From Spirochaetia bacterium (GTDB lineage: Bacteria; Spirochaetota; Spirochaetia; UBA9216): DNA of 64,000 nucleotides. Below, piece by piece: positions 30,601 through 40,943 of the stretch (position 1 is its first letter; each line of letters opens with the position of its first letter). The notes under the pieces were generated by a model that searched no databases, was not told the origin of the DNA, and saw nothing but the letters and a program-made list of their open reading frames with translations. The position numbers and the translations under genes were made by a program. The DNA is taken from contig CAXXYH010000003.1 in NCBI GenBank assembly GCA_963677925.2, positions 1,824,001-1,888,000 on the forward strand. Reading direction: 5' to 3'.

Positions 30601-32098
30601 TTCATTCGGATGCGGACATGACGCGATTATTTCAGATGAGATGGCCAGAATACTGAATGACAGAGCCGGAAAGCAGATGCTGGTTCTAAAACTCGATGAG
30701 GGTGAAAATCAGGGACCGCTTAATATCAGAATCAAATCATTTATTGAAACGGTAAAAGCAAGCAGGAGGCTTAAAAAAGACAATCCTGTAGAGCTTAAAG
30801 AATACTGCAAACCCTATGAGGTGAAGTTCGAAAAAGAAGACAAGCGAAGGACCGTACTGATCCCGACCCTGTCTCCGGCCTTTGCAAAGTATTCAGCCAA
30901 GGTTCTTGAGGCTGAAGGCTACAAGGCTGTTCCGGCCATGCTTGCCGACAGGGAAGCCATTGCCCTGGGGAAGAAATACGTCCACAACGATATATGCTAC
31001 CCGGCCCAGATCAACGTAGGCGAACTGCTGAAAACCATCAGGGATGGGAACTATAAGTCAACAGATGTTGCCATCGGACTTGCGAAGAACTGTGAAGCAT
31101 GCAGAGCCGGGCATTATGCGGGACTGGCAAGAAAAGCCCTCGATGAAGCAGGTTATGCCGATGTGCCGATCCTGACCACTGGTAAGGACACAAAGGATAT
31201 GCATCCCGGCTTCAAGGTTACGCTTAAGTTCCAGATGAACATGCTCTGGTCGATAACAATTACCGATGTTCTTGAGGAAATACGCAGGAAGATAAGACCG
31301 TACGAGGTTAACGCCGGTGAATCCGATGAACTTTTTGAACTGTATACAGATTTCATCTATGACAATATCTGCAGCAGCCGCAAAAAGGCTTTGAAGTACT
31401 TTGAACAGGCTATTGAAGCATTCAACAATGTCGAATGCGACCGGACCATCAGAAAGCCGAGGGTTGGAATTATCGGAGAAATCCTGATGAACTTCCACCC
31501 GGAATCAAATGCCAATGTAGAACGCTACCTTGAAGCCAACGGAATGGAAACAGTCTTCCCCGCCATGCATGATTTTTTCAGGCAGAGTGTTGTTATCAAG
31601 AAAGAGAAAGGCAGACGCGGGCACACATCAAATGCGTTCATGGATTACTGCCTCAACGGTCTCACCGACTATGTGTACGGTTCTGTTCACAAAAAGGTTG
31701 ATGAATACTACCGGAAGTTCAAGTTTTATGACGGCTATGGAGATGTGAAGAATCTTGCCGAAAACACTTCTGATATGATGGACATGACATACCGCGGCGG
31801 TGAGAGCTGGATGATGCCCGGAGAAGTAATAGAGCTTGCAAAGAAGGGTGTTAACTCCTTCGTATATGTTCAGCCATTCGGCTGTATGCCGAACCACATT
31901 ACCGGTCGCGGAATGATCAAGACTGTAAAGAAGAAGTTTCCTCATATTCAGATCATTGCGCTTGATTACGATCCTGATACAGCGCTTGCAAACATCGAGA
32001 ACCGTCTGCAGATGCTGATAATTTCCGCAAGGGAACTGGAGAAGAAATCAGCGGACAGGAACCGTGATAGAATAGAAGCCCTGGCAGTGAGAGATTAA
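27673..32098 (+). pseudogene. Second PlsA-like fused activase/reductase protein, split by a +1 frameshift (or sequencing indel)
   Basis: ORFs 27673-29535 and 29732-32098. Removing one G from GGG at 29518-29520 gives ..STFIGLENIEAF..CSFCSNNC..GNRC.. and a 1474-aa protein ending in QPFGCMPNHITGRG. Confidence 0.85.
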
Positions 32099-32114
32099 GC
32101 AGAGCAGGAGGTAT

Positions 32115-32780
32115 ATGATTATTAAAAAATTACCGGTTCTAATTTTTTTGATCTTATTTTCAGCCTCTGCCGAAACTTTGTCCGCAATATCCGGAGAGGC
32201 TGAACCTGTATCGGAAAACTACCGGATTTCAATGACTACTCTGCTCGGCCGTGACAAGGAATATCTGAATGTGTTAATAGAAGAATCAGACCCGGATGAT
32301 TATTTCAGGCTCGGAATCCTGTATACAAACAAAATACTGCTTTCCGACAGCATTAAGACTCTTGATGAGGCTGTTGAAAATCTTGCCCTCGCTGAAACAG
32401 ACGGCAAGGATGACAGCCTGCTCAGGATATATAAGGGGATAACCGAGGCCTTTCTTGCCCAAAAAAAGACTTTTCTAGGCGTTGAGAACATTAAAAACAC
32501 CGAAGCTTTTATGAGCTCCGTTTCAGACAGCCATCCTGACTGGTTCATTCGCTTTCTCAGGGGAATTTCCTACTACAGATTCGGGCATGGGCTTCCCGGA
32601 ATAGGCCCAATCAAGCCTTATAAAACAGAAGCCCTGCGGGTAGGAAGAATGGATCTGGAATATGTTATCAAGAGCCATAATACAAACAGCATCAGGGAAT
32701 ATAATTCTGCGGATTATGACTGGATAGGGAGACCTGTGCCGGACAGTGCAGCAGCCTTTGCAGAAGATCTGCTCAAATAG
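32115..32780 (+). CDS. Hypothetical exported helical (TPR-like) protein
   Basis: AGGAGG SD, signal peptide, helical repeats; 16 bp after the second PlsA-like gene. Confidence 0.6.
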   Translation: MIIKKLPVLIFLILFSASAETLSAISGEAEPVSENYRISMTTLLGRDKEYLNVLIEESDPDDYFRLGILYTNKILLSDSIKTLDEAVENLALAETDGKDDSLLRIYKGITEAFLAQKKTFLGVENIKNTEAFMSSVSDSHPDWFIRFLRGISYYRFGHGLPGIGPIKPYKTEALRVGRMDLEYVIKSHNTNSIREYNSADYDWIGRPVPDSAAAFAEDLLK

Positions 32781-32874
32781 TTTTGCGTCCTGTTACAAAA
32801 GCGGCTCTAAAATTAATAGATCAGATAAAGTCTCCCCGGAGTGATACATTAATATCATTCATGGAGGAGATATC

Positions 32875-33453
32875 ATGAAAAGATTAATTTTAATACTGTT
32901 ATGTCTTTCTGTTGCAGCTTTCAGTTTTGGAGAAAGCGAAAAGGGGCTGCGGGTAGATGCCGAAATTGGAGCATCATTCTCTCTTTTTTCAACATATGTT
33001 ACTGCTCACCCCAAACTGATGTACGATTTGGGATTTCCGGCTGTCGGAGCCGGTGTCGGAGCATACTTCGGAACTACATTTTCAGACATCTATATCGGGC
33101 CTTTTGCCAGTCTTGAGCTTGGATGGCTGTATTTTGATATCGGAGGATTATTTAAAGTAGTTGCCCCGGATGAATCGAAGGCGGAAAACGGCTATGTTGA
33201 TTACTATACCGAAAGCGATATAATGCCGTGGGCTGCAGCCGGGCTTGCAATTCCGATATTTCCGATTGGACCGGGAAAACTGGGCGCCGATATATCACTG
33301 GGCTTCATACCAACTAACAGTCCTGTTCAGGTAGTTGATGATTCGGGTTCAATTCTTGGAGATCTTATAGGATCATTATTCGGAACGGTGATAACATCAG
33401 TTTTCGATTCTGCAAAACTTGGTGCATCACTTTTCTACACCATAACGTTTTAA
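32875..33453 (+). CDS. Hypothetical exported protein, possible small outer-membrane beta-barrel
   Basis: GGAGGAG SD, signal peptide, amphipathic strands, C-terminal FYTITF. Confidence 0.55.
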   Translation: MKRLILILLCLSVAAFSFGESEKGLRVDAEIGASFSLFSTYVTAHPKLMYDLGFPAVGAGVGAYFGTTFSDIYIGPFASLELGWLYFDIGGLFKVVAPDESKAENGYVDYYTESDIMPWAAAGLAIPIFPIGPGKLGADISLGFIPTNSPVQVVDDSGSILGDLIGSLFGTVITSVFDSAKLGASLFYTITF

Positions 33454-33522
33454 TAACAGAATTAGAGTCGTCCCATACCAGGGAAGGCTCTATATCTTTA
33501 AAGCAGGCTTTTTAAGCAGCCT

Positions 33523-34164
33523 TCATTCAAAAAGTATACCGTTTCCCTTAAAGAATCCGTCCTGCAGACTATTTAGATCAAGAGATTTCAACCCCTTTTC
33601 GGTGAGCAGATTAGTGAAGAAAATTCTTGCTGCAGTAGTATAGAGTTCCGGAATACTGACGGGAAGAATATCAGGACTATTCCAGCTGCTCAGACCGTTA
33701 ACGGCAGAAAACATCAGGTATACAACCGCTTCGGTCTTATAATCAGTCCGGAATGTTCCCTCTTCCTTCATGGCATCGATCAGCCGTCCCAGCATTCTGG
33801 CCAGATTCTTCTGAATATACACATTCGGGACAGCCTTCAAATGCGGGTTTTCAAGAATCATATCACGGTGGATATTACTGTTCCGGTTTTTCATAAAGTT
33901 GGAGGAATCAAGCATAAAGCGTTTTAGCTTATCAATAGAGCTGATATTCTCATCGTCAATGAATGCTGTATATGTCTCTACAACAAACTTTGCATACCAT
34001 TCAATAGTTTTATTAAAAAGATCATCTTTATTTGTAAAGTGATTATAAATGGTCTTTTTACTTACACCGGCCTCATCGGCAATATCCTGGACATTAGTAC
34101 GTTTATATCCGTATTTATCAAAAATCTTAAATGAAGCAATGAAGATTCGATCATCTTTAAGCAA
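33523..34164 (-). CDS. TetR/AcrR family regulator
   Basis: GYKRTNVQDIADEAGVSKKTIYNHFTNKDDL HTH. Confidence 0.9.
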   Translation of the reverse strand: MLKDDRIFIASFKIFDKYGYKRTNVQDIADEAGVSKKTIYNHFTNKDDLFNKTIEWYAKFVVETYTAFIDDENISSIDKLKRFMLDSSNFMKNRNSNIHRDMILENPHLKAVPNVYIQKNLARMLGRLIDAMKEEGTFRTDYKTEAVVYLMFSAVNGLSSWNSPDILPVSIPELYTTAARIFFTNLLTEKGLKSLDLNSLQDGFFKGNGILFE

Positions 34165-34292
34165 TTGAAATTCCTTACAGTTAGTTTTTATTATGCATTA
34201 GTTTATTACTATATTCAGTATTTATCAATAACGATTTCCTAACTGGTTCTTATTGACAAAAGGCTCATAATATTGTTCTATATAAGTCCGTC

Positions 34293-34366
34293 GGGCCTAT
34301 AGCTCAGTTGGTTAGAGCACCTGACTCATAATCAGGGGGTCCTAGGTTCAAGCCCTAGTGGGCCCA
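34293..34366 (+). tRNA. tRNA with CAT anticodon, most likely tRNA-Ile2 (lysidine); elongator Met not excluded
   Basis: Cloverleaf GGGCCTA../..TGGGCCC-A, D-loop AGTTGGTTA, anticodon arm CCTGA-CTCATAA-TCAGG, GGTTCAAG T-loop. CCA is not encoded. Confidence 0.92.
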
Positions 34367-34375
34367 TACGATGGT

Positions 34376-34413
34376 AGACTGAATGACTAATCTGTTGTTC
34401 AGTCTTTTTTTTT
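34376..34413 (+). terminator. Intrinsic terminator after the tRNA
   Basis: AGACTGAATGAC..GTTGTTCAGTCT followed by a long T run. Confidence 0.8.
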
Positions 34414-34529
34414 CAAATCAGTCCAGGTAAGTTATTGATAATCTCATTCATTAATAGAAATACACAGTGAATAAAAGCTTGGACACGAAGCAGTTTCAGC
34501 TGTTATCATTCTCCTGAAAGGGGAGAAAG

Positions 34530-37082
34530 ATGAGAAAATTACTTATGATTCTGGTTTTTACCTGTATCAGTTCTGTATTATCATTCAGCCTGAGTTTCTC
34601 TGATTCAAATTTAATGATGATTCAGGAAGCCGAAACAGGCGACTTACTGTCAGGGCTCAGCATGCGGCTTGGCGGGGAAGATTCCGGAATAGTGGTCCTT
34701 ATCAGAGATGCACAGATTCAGCTTGACGATAAAGGCAGACGAATCCTCAGGGTATTTGATTCAATAATTCCCTCCCGTGATACTTTTATACGGATAGTTG
34801 ATTATGAGATAGCTATAGGCTCAGGCAGTATCACTAAACTCAGCGAAACCTCCGCAGGCGGCTATCTGAAAAACAGCGGAATGCTGAAAATTACTGCTGA
34901 CGAACTGATATCATTCAATTCAGATGATTATCCGGTACTTAGATGTTCCGTAGTCGTTGCCGGGGTTTCCGCAGGAATATTCCAGACTGAACTTAATTCC
35001 CAAACATGGCAGTATCCTGAGGAAGGTCTTAAACTCTACGACGGACAGATTAGGCTCAACAACCATATATTTAACTTTCAATCGATGCTTCTCAAGGGTT
35101 CAAGGCTGGTGCTGCGCGATAATGCTGTGAGCTTTTTCGGTCTTGATGCTGCAATGGATGTAATAGTATTGAATACAGGGACATTGGATATTATAGATCG
35201 AAGCGCACTGATATTACCGGAATCAGTGTATACATCAGACAGACTTTCACTGATTGCTGGGGAAGGAACCGATTTTGAGATTCCTTTTATTCTTGAAGTC
35301 TGTCGCGCGGAAGGTGAAAAGATTTCTGCCGATAAAGCTGTTTTAAAAATACCTGCCGGTTTTGAAGTAGATAACAAGGATGAATCTATCATCATTCCGG
35401 GTATCATCGTAGGATTTGCAGGTATAGAATCCGGGAAGAGCAGCCTGAAAGCATCTTACAATTATAAGGGGTGGGATTTCAGTTTCAGTTCGATCGGTCT
35501 TACCGTCGACGGATTGGTACTGCAGGGAAAAACGGATGTAAGAATCAACAGCCGCAACAGGAGGGGCGGGACTGTTCCTGTTTTTGCCGACAGAATATCT
35601 ATCTCCGCTGCCGGTGATTTATCTCTTGATAGATCTGATGCGCTTATCAGTCAGTCATATGAAAATCTTCACCGTGATTCAGTTATGTTTGCAGATACTG
35701 TGTATCTAAAACCGCACAGTCCTGCCCTAATTCGAAAAGATGATGAAGTTCTTTTTAATTTCAAGGAATACTCGGTTATACAGCCGGCAGGTTATGAAGA
35801 AATTGCACTCTCCGGTTCTAATCTGATTATTGATTCTAATGGAGATATCCATCCTTCATCACAGGAGGTGAATGAAATTTATAGACCTGTCAAATTCTAC
35901 AGCCCCCCGGGATTAGAGCTGAACGCCGATAAATGGACTATAAACAGGGAGGGGCTGTTTTACAGCGGGTATTTGCTTTTTGACGGACGATATCAAATGG
36001 AGAGTGGCGATAAGGGAGTTTATATTGAGAAAGCGGTATTTGATCAGGGGGCAATATATACTGATATAAAAACTCCAGCCAAGCCAGTCCGGTTCAGCGT
36101 GGAAGGATGGCGCTTTGAAGCCGATAAATTCAATCTGAGTAACGGAAGGATTCACTGGTACGGAGCCAGCTGGATATATGAGCCTGAAAAAATTGCATTT
36201 CCGCTGAAGATTCCTGAAAAGCAGTACTTCCCCGGTGAAACACCCAGTCTGATTATTAATTATGACGGAAAATTTTTTGAACCTGCACAGATTAAAAGCA
36301 TACCGGAATATCCGCTTCTTTTTAACCATGCTGAGCTGCGCTCTGCAGAAATCTCTGAGAATGGAGAGTTTACCATGGACGGCTACCTGGTATCCCACGC
36401 ATTCGGAGGTGTTAAAATATATGTTAAAAGACTGCCGATGCTTCAGGATGGAACAATCCCCGAGTTTAAAGACGCTTTTGTCAGCTCTTCTAATAAAACT
36501 AAATTCAACAACAGTGAAATAGTGTTCAGCGGCATAACCATTAAAGAATCTGCTCTGAAATTCGATTCGGTTAAAGTTGACTTTAATAATCCAAGAATTA
36601 CCGGCGGAATAGAACTGTATAATGTCAGAGAGTTCAGTAATAACCGTTTTGGCTACAGCAACAGTATGGCTGCATCATTATATGTTGATGGCGTAAAGAT
36701 AGATGCACAGCTACTGAGTTTTGACAGTGATAAAGCTGTTTTTTCAGGCGTCGCCTCCGCAGTGATAAAGGGACTGCCTAATATTTCCGGCCGTTTTGAT
36801 GAATGGACTGTATACCATGACGGCAGGATAGATTCTCTTAAATGTGATTTAGGCAGCCGAAAGATACTGTACCAATCAGAGGAGTTTACCATCAGGGCTC
36901 AAAATATTGAACTGTTCAGCCCTCCCCCGCCAGGAAGTTCAGCGACCGCCGGATGGATCTTGCTAAAACGACCGACTATCAGGCTTCAAGGAAAAAGTGA
37001 GGATCAGGAAATCGATCATATCTGGATAAATACAGCCACAGCCGAATACTCATTCGGTAATCAGGATTTTAAACGGCTTTGA
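34530..37082 (+). CDS. Large exported beta-strand-rich hypothetical protein
   Basis: 850 aa with a signal peptide and recurring beta-hairpin-like segments; no recognisable catalytic motif. Confidence 0.65.
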   Translation: MRKLLMILVFTCISSVLSFSLSFSDSNLMMIQEAETGDLLSGLSMRLGGEDSGIVVLIRDAQIQLDDKGRRILRVFDSIIPSRDTFIRIVDYEIAIGSGSITKLSETSAGGYLKNSGMLKITADELISFNSDDYPVLRCSVVVAGVSAGIFQTELNSQTWQYPEEGLKLYDGQIRLNNHIFNFQSMLLKGSRLVLRDNAVSFFGLDAAMDVIVLNTGTLDIIDRSALILPESVYTSDRLSLIAGEGTDFEIPFILEVCRAEGEKISADKAVLKIPAGFEVDNKDESIIIPGIIVGFAGIESGKSSLKASYNYKGWDFSFSSIGLTVDGLVLQGKTDVRINSRNRRGGTVPVFADRISISAAGDLSLDRSDALISQSYENLHRDSVMFADTVYLKPHSPALIRKDDEVLFNFKEYSVIQPAGYEEIALSGSNLIIDSNGDIHPSSQEVNEIYRPVKFYSPPGLELNADKWTINREGLFYSGYLLFDGRYQMESGDKGVYIEKAVFDQGAIYTDIKTPAKPVRFSVEGWRFEADKFNLSNGRIHWYGASWIYEPEKIAFPLKIPEKQYFPGETPSLIINYDGKFFEPAQIKSIPEYPLLFNHAELRSAEISENGEFTMDGYLVSHAFGGVKIYVKRLPMLQDGTIPEFKDAFVSSSNKTKFNNSEIVFSGITIKESALKFDSVKVDFNNPRITGGIELYNVREFSNNRFGYSNSMAASLYVDGVKIDAQLLSFDSDKAVFSGVASAVIKGLPNISGRFDEWTVYHDGRIDSLKCDLGSRKILYQSEEFTIRAQNIELFSPPPPGSSATAGWILLKRPTIRLQGKSEDQEIDHIWINTATAEYSFGNQDFKRL

Positions 37083-37118
37083 AGACGGAAAAACACTATG
37101 TAAGCCTGAATAATGAAG

Positions 37119-38690
37119 CTATTCCAGGGCCGGCGGATTATTTACAAGATAGGGGTATCCCCCGTTGATTGTATCTGCTCTGTCCCAGATATATTCTGTG
37201 CCGTTAGTGTCTTCATCGGCAAAGTCCCAGCCTGCGTCTGTGAATATACTTTCAGTTTTCATGTAGAGACTGTATTGCGGGGCTGCTTTTGATTCTGTAC
37301 CGGCGAATAGTGTGGAATCATAAAAGCAGGCAGAAACTGTTGAATGACTATGATATCCAAACCCATATGCTGTATCAATATCGGTAAGCCTCGAAGCAGA
37401 GAAACAATCTGTATAGGTTGCGTTTGCATAATTTGAAGCACGTCTTGTGCAGATGCCTGCAAAACCTCCGATTATTCCATTAGTATTTGTTGTTTTTATC
37501 GTCCCTATTGAATAGCATGCGTCATGGCTTACCGAACGGGAATAACCTTCAAAACCCCCAACATAATTATTTCCTTCAACAGTACATTTTGAATAGCATT
37601 CGGATATAGTGCTGTACTCTGTATAACCGGCCAGCCCCCCGGTGTATTCACCAGTTGCAGTTATTGTTCCTTCAACAGAACAGTATTTTACTGTACCATA
37701 AAGACACCCTACTAATCCTCCGACATAAGTTCCTCCGGAAATATTAACATCTTCCAAATGGATATCAGTCAGCGTTGCTCCGGAATAAGTACAGCCGAAC
37801 ATACCCTGATAATCTTCAGTAGAATCAATTGACAGGTTGGAGATAGTATACCCGCCGCCGTCATAACTGCCTCTGAACCTTGTACTGCTGTTATTATAGT
37901 TTCCAATAGGAGTAAAATCATCAGCGCCGTCCATATCTATATTCCTGACTTGCTTAAAAGAATAACTCCAATAGTCGCTGTCGCTTGCAATATAAACCAG
38001 CTCAAAGGGATACTTCACATCATTTGCCGCAGAGCTGCTTATTGCTGTTACTGTAAAGATACGTACATCGCTCCATTCACCATATTCACTGCCTGAGCTG
38101 CTTTTTACTGAACGGAAACGCCAGTAAAAAGTTTGACTGTCAATCAATCCGCTTAGCTCACATGAGTTTGTACTTGATGTAAGCTCTATGTAGTTATTAT
38201 TCTCAAGACCTGTTTCCGAAATAGAATACTGAATCTGGTAGCCGTCTGCTGCGGACTGTTCCGCTCCCCAGCTTAACTTAACTGTATTTGCAAAGGTTGT
38301 GTCTTCATCTAAGGGCATTACATCATAGTTTAAAGTGTAGCTCCCGGCTGAGATATCGCTGTCAGTGTAATCTTCTTTAACAGCGATAGCAGAGATTTCA
38401 GTAGTTCCTGACGCATTAAGGGTGATAGCACCGGTATAAATGGATGAAGTCGTTGTCGGAATTGAACCGTCTGTTGTATAGTAAATTGAAGCGCCGTCTG
38501 TGTTTGAGCTAAGGCTCAGGCTCTGATCGGTACTGTAACTTCCTGCCTCTATCGAGAAGTCCGGAGCTTCGCATTGGAGTGGATCAGTATCTTCCAATGA
38601 CGGGTCAATAGTATCAGTGCATGAAAACACAAGAAATGATAAAGCAAGGAAAAGTAAGATCGATCTGGAGCGGAACTTATATTCGAACAT
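37119..38690 (-). CDS. Surface lipoprotein with chitobiase/Fn3-associated domain and GLUG repeats
   Basis: Lipobox VFSC; IYYTTDGSIPT; FRGSYDGGGYTISNL and YVGGLVG/YTGGLAG repeats. Confidence 0.8.
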   Translation of the reverse strand: MFEYKFRSRSILLFLALSFLVFSCTDTIDPSLEDTDPLQCEAPDFSIEAGSYSTDQSLSLSSNTDGASIYYTTDGSIPTTTSSIYTGAITLNASGTTEISAIAVKEDYTDSDISAGSYTLNYDVMPLDEDTTFANTVKLSWGAEQSAADGYQIQYSISETGLENNNYIELTSSTNSCELSGLIDSQTFYWRFRSVKSSSGSEYGEWSDVRIFTVTAISSSAANDVKYPFELVYIASDSDYWSYSFKQVRNIDMDGADDFTPIGNYNNSSTRFRGSYDGGGYTISNLSIDSTEDYQGMFGCTYSGATLTDIHLEDVNISGGTYVGGLVGCLYGTVKYCSVEGTITATGEYTGGLAGYTEYSTISECYSKCTVEGNNYVGGFEGYSRSVSHDACYSIGTIKTTNTNGIIGGFAGICTRRASNYANATYTDCFSASRLTDIDTAYGFGYHSHSTVSACFYDSTLFAGTESKAAPQYSLYMKTESIFTDAGWDFADEDTNGTEYIWDRADTINGGYPYLVNNPPALE

Positions 38691-38864
38691 TTTGTTATCC
38701 TTTTAGCATAAATACACTTACATAATATAATAATTGTAATTGTTATTCAGTTTTCTATCAATATGCTTCATGCTTCAAAAAAATGGAACGAATAACTGAA
38801 GCTTTCCAGTAACAGCATTCGTAAGCTCTTCTCAAATTGAGGAAAGATTTTATTAATACTTAGT

Positions 38865-39341
38865 TTATTCAACTGACTCAGCAGGTGTACCCTTAATCAT
38901 TCTGTGATAGTCGTTCAATTTACATACAATTGCAAAGTAGTCCTGCTGTTCCTGCGGGTTCAGTTTTCCAAGGACATCCGACATAAACTTCCAGTGTTCT
39001 GTTTTAAACCGGGAAGTTAAATCCAACCCGGCTTGAGTAAGAGCAAGATTGAAAACCCTTTTGTCTTCAGCAGACTGCTCCTTCTTCATGTATCCTTTCT
39101 TTATAAGCATTGATGCAACAGGTGTAAAAGAACCTTTCTCAAGTACCAGCCTGCGGCTTAACTCAGACATGGCCATACTGCCATGAAAACGGAGTATCAG
39201 CGCTGCTCTTACATGCGTAAAGTTTAATTCCTCCGGCAGGCTGAAGTTATCCTCAAAGCCTTTAATAAATATGGATACAATAAATCTGTGAAGCTCGAAG
39301 ATATCTTCAACCCGTTGTTCAATACTGCCGTTTTTATTCAT
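38865..39341 (-). CDS. MarR family regulator
   Basis: wHTH with EDKRVFNLALTQAG. Confidence 0.88.
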   Translation of the reverse strand: MNKNGSIEQRVEDIFELHRFIVSIFIKGFEDNFSLPEELNFTHVRAALILRFHGSMAMSELSRRLVLEKGSFTPVASMLIKKGYMKKEQSAEDKRVFNLALTQAGLDLTSRFKTEHWKFMSDVLGKLNPQEQQDYFAIVCKLNDYHRMIKGTPAESVE

Positions 39342-39349
39342 AGCGTATG

Positions 39350-40765
39350 TTAATATGAATATTCTTCAGCTGCAAGCAATTCCAGACGCGTCCCGGAAAC
39401 AGTACCGGCGATTGTCTGCTCTTCAAGCAAACGGTTCAGCTCCCTGAAAAAGGACAGACTCATCAACACCGCAACAATGGCTGTAAGGATATCAGCTATT
39501 GGCTGTGCGAAAATAAATCCATTAAGCCCGAAAAGGTTGTTAAGAATCATAACAGCAGGAAGATAAAGAAGACACTGTCTGCCAAGTGAAACAATCATTG
39601 CATTTAATGCTTTGCCGACCGACTGAAAAGTAATCATCATGGTCATCTGAAGCCCGATAAACGGCAGACCGATGGAGAAAGCCCTGATGAACTGTACACC
39701 GATATCTACAGTTGCCCTGTCACTGATGAAAAGCCCGATCAGATTACGGCCTAAAATCTGAAAGATTATCGTAAATAATACTGCCAGTATCGTTGAATAC
39801 AGGAGGGTAATTTTAAAGCCTTCTTTGAGGCGGTCATACTTTTCTGCTCCATAATTATAACCTGCAAACGGCTGATACCCCTGGGCAAGCCCCATTATCA
39901 GCATGAAAGCCATACTTACAACTCTCATCTGTATTCCGTTTCCGGCAACAACATGGTCTCCGTATCCAGCGGCAATAATATTCACAAGTATCATTGACAG
40001 TGACATTACAATATTTGATAAGGCTGAAGGAATTCCTATCTTGAATATCTGAGAATATATCTTTTTTGACGGACTGATGTGCCCGGGTTTTATAGAAAGC
40101 AGGGTATTTTTTGATGCAAGATGTGTGACAAAATAGACCGCTCCAGCTGCTGTTCCGATTACGGTCGCATATGCAGCCCCTGCAACTCCCATATCAAAGA
40201 CAAAGATAAAAACCGGATCAAGTATTATATTTATACCAATTCCAAGAACCATACCTGTCATCGATTTATCTGTAGCTCCCTCACTTCTGATAAGACCGGA
40301 AAAAGTTATCTGAAGAACAAATACTATTGCACAAACGGATATTATTGAAAAATACTGGTTTGTCGCATCAAATGTAGCTGGACTGGTTCCAATTACCGAC
40401 AGAAGCGGCTGCTTGAATACTATCAGCAGGACTGTGACAATAATTCCAAGCAATAAGGCTGTATAGATTGCAGTAGCTGCAGTCTTTTTTGCTTCTTCAT
40501 TTTCTTTTGCACCAAGCATTCTTGATATATAGCTTGCTGCACCATTTGAAAAAATGTTCCCCAAGGCCTGAACAGCCATCAGAACCGGAGCGGCTAGAGA
40601 CAGAGCGGCAACAAGATTTGGGTCATTAAGCCGGCCAATAAAAAAGGTGTCAGTCAGGTTATATATCATTACAACCGCCATCGACAGCATTGTCGGCATA
40701 GCCAGTTTCAATATTGCCTGTTTTACTGGAATCTGTTCCATAAGCATTGTTTTATCGTTATTCAT
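39350..40765 (-). CDS. MATE efflux transporter (MepA-like)
   Basis: LAMPT..YNLTDTFFIG, NIILDPVFIF and GYNYGA motifs; ~12 TMs. Confidence 0.93.
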   Translation of the reverse strand: MNNDKTMLMEQIPVKQAILKLAMPTMLSMAVVMIYNLTDTFFIGRLNDPNLVAALSLAAPVLMAVQALGNIFSNGAASYISRMLGAKENEEAKKTAATAIYTALLLGIIVTVLLIVFKQPLLSVIGTSPATFDATNQYFSIISVCAIVFVLQITFSGLIRSEGATDKSMTGMVLGIGINIILDPVFIFVFDMGVAGAAYATVIGTAAGAVYFVTHLASKNTLLSIKPGHISPSKKIYSQIFKIGIPSALSNIVMSLSMILVNIIAAGYGDHVVAGNGIQMRVVSMAFMLIMGLAQGYQPFAGYNYGAEKYDRLKEGFKITLLYSTILAVLFTIIFQILGRNLIGLFISDRATVDIGVQFIRAFSIGLPFIGLQMTMMITFQSVGKALNAMIVSLGRQCLLYLPAVMILNNLFGLNGFIFAQPIADILTAIVAVLMSLSFFRELNRLLEEQTIAGTVSGTRLELLAAEEYSY

Positions 40766-40785
40766 AAAGTTCTCCTTTACATAAC

Positions 40786-40851
40786 TAGTTTGATTTCTAA
40801 CTAAATATAGTAATAACCATAAAAACAGTCAAGTAGTTAGATTTCTAACCT
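40786..40851 (-). promoter_or_regulatory. MATE promoter flanked by two MarR-type palindromes
   Basis: TAGTTTGATTTCTAACTA (40786-40803) and TAGTTAGATTTCTAACCT (40834-40851) bracket TTGACT-17-TATATT on the minus strand. Confidence 0.75.
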
Positions 40852-40943
40852 TTAACAAAAAGAGAATATTCTATAGAAATGATTCGAAATAATATGGGAT
40901 ATATGTTTGTATCTGCAATCAGAGTGATTCAGTCAGGTGATGA

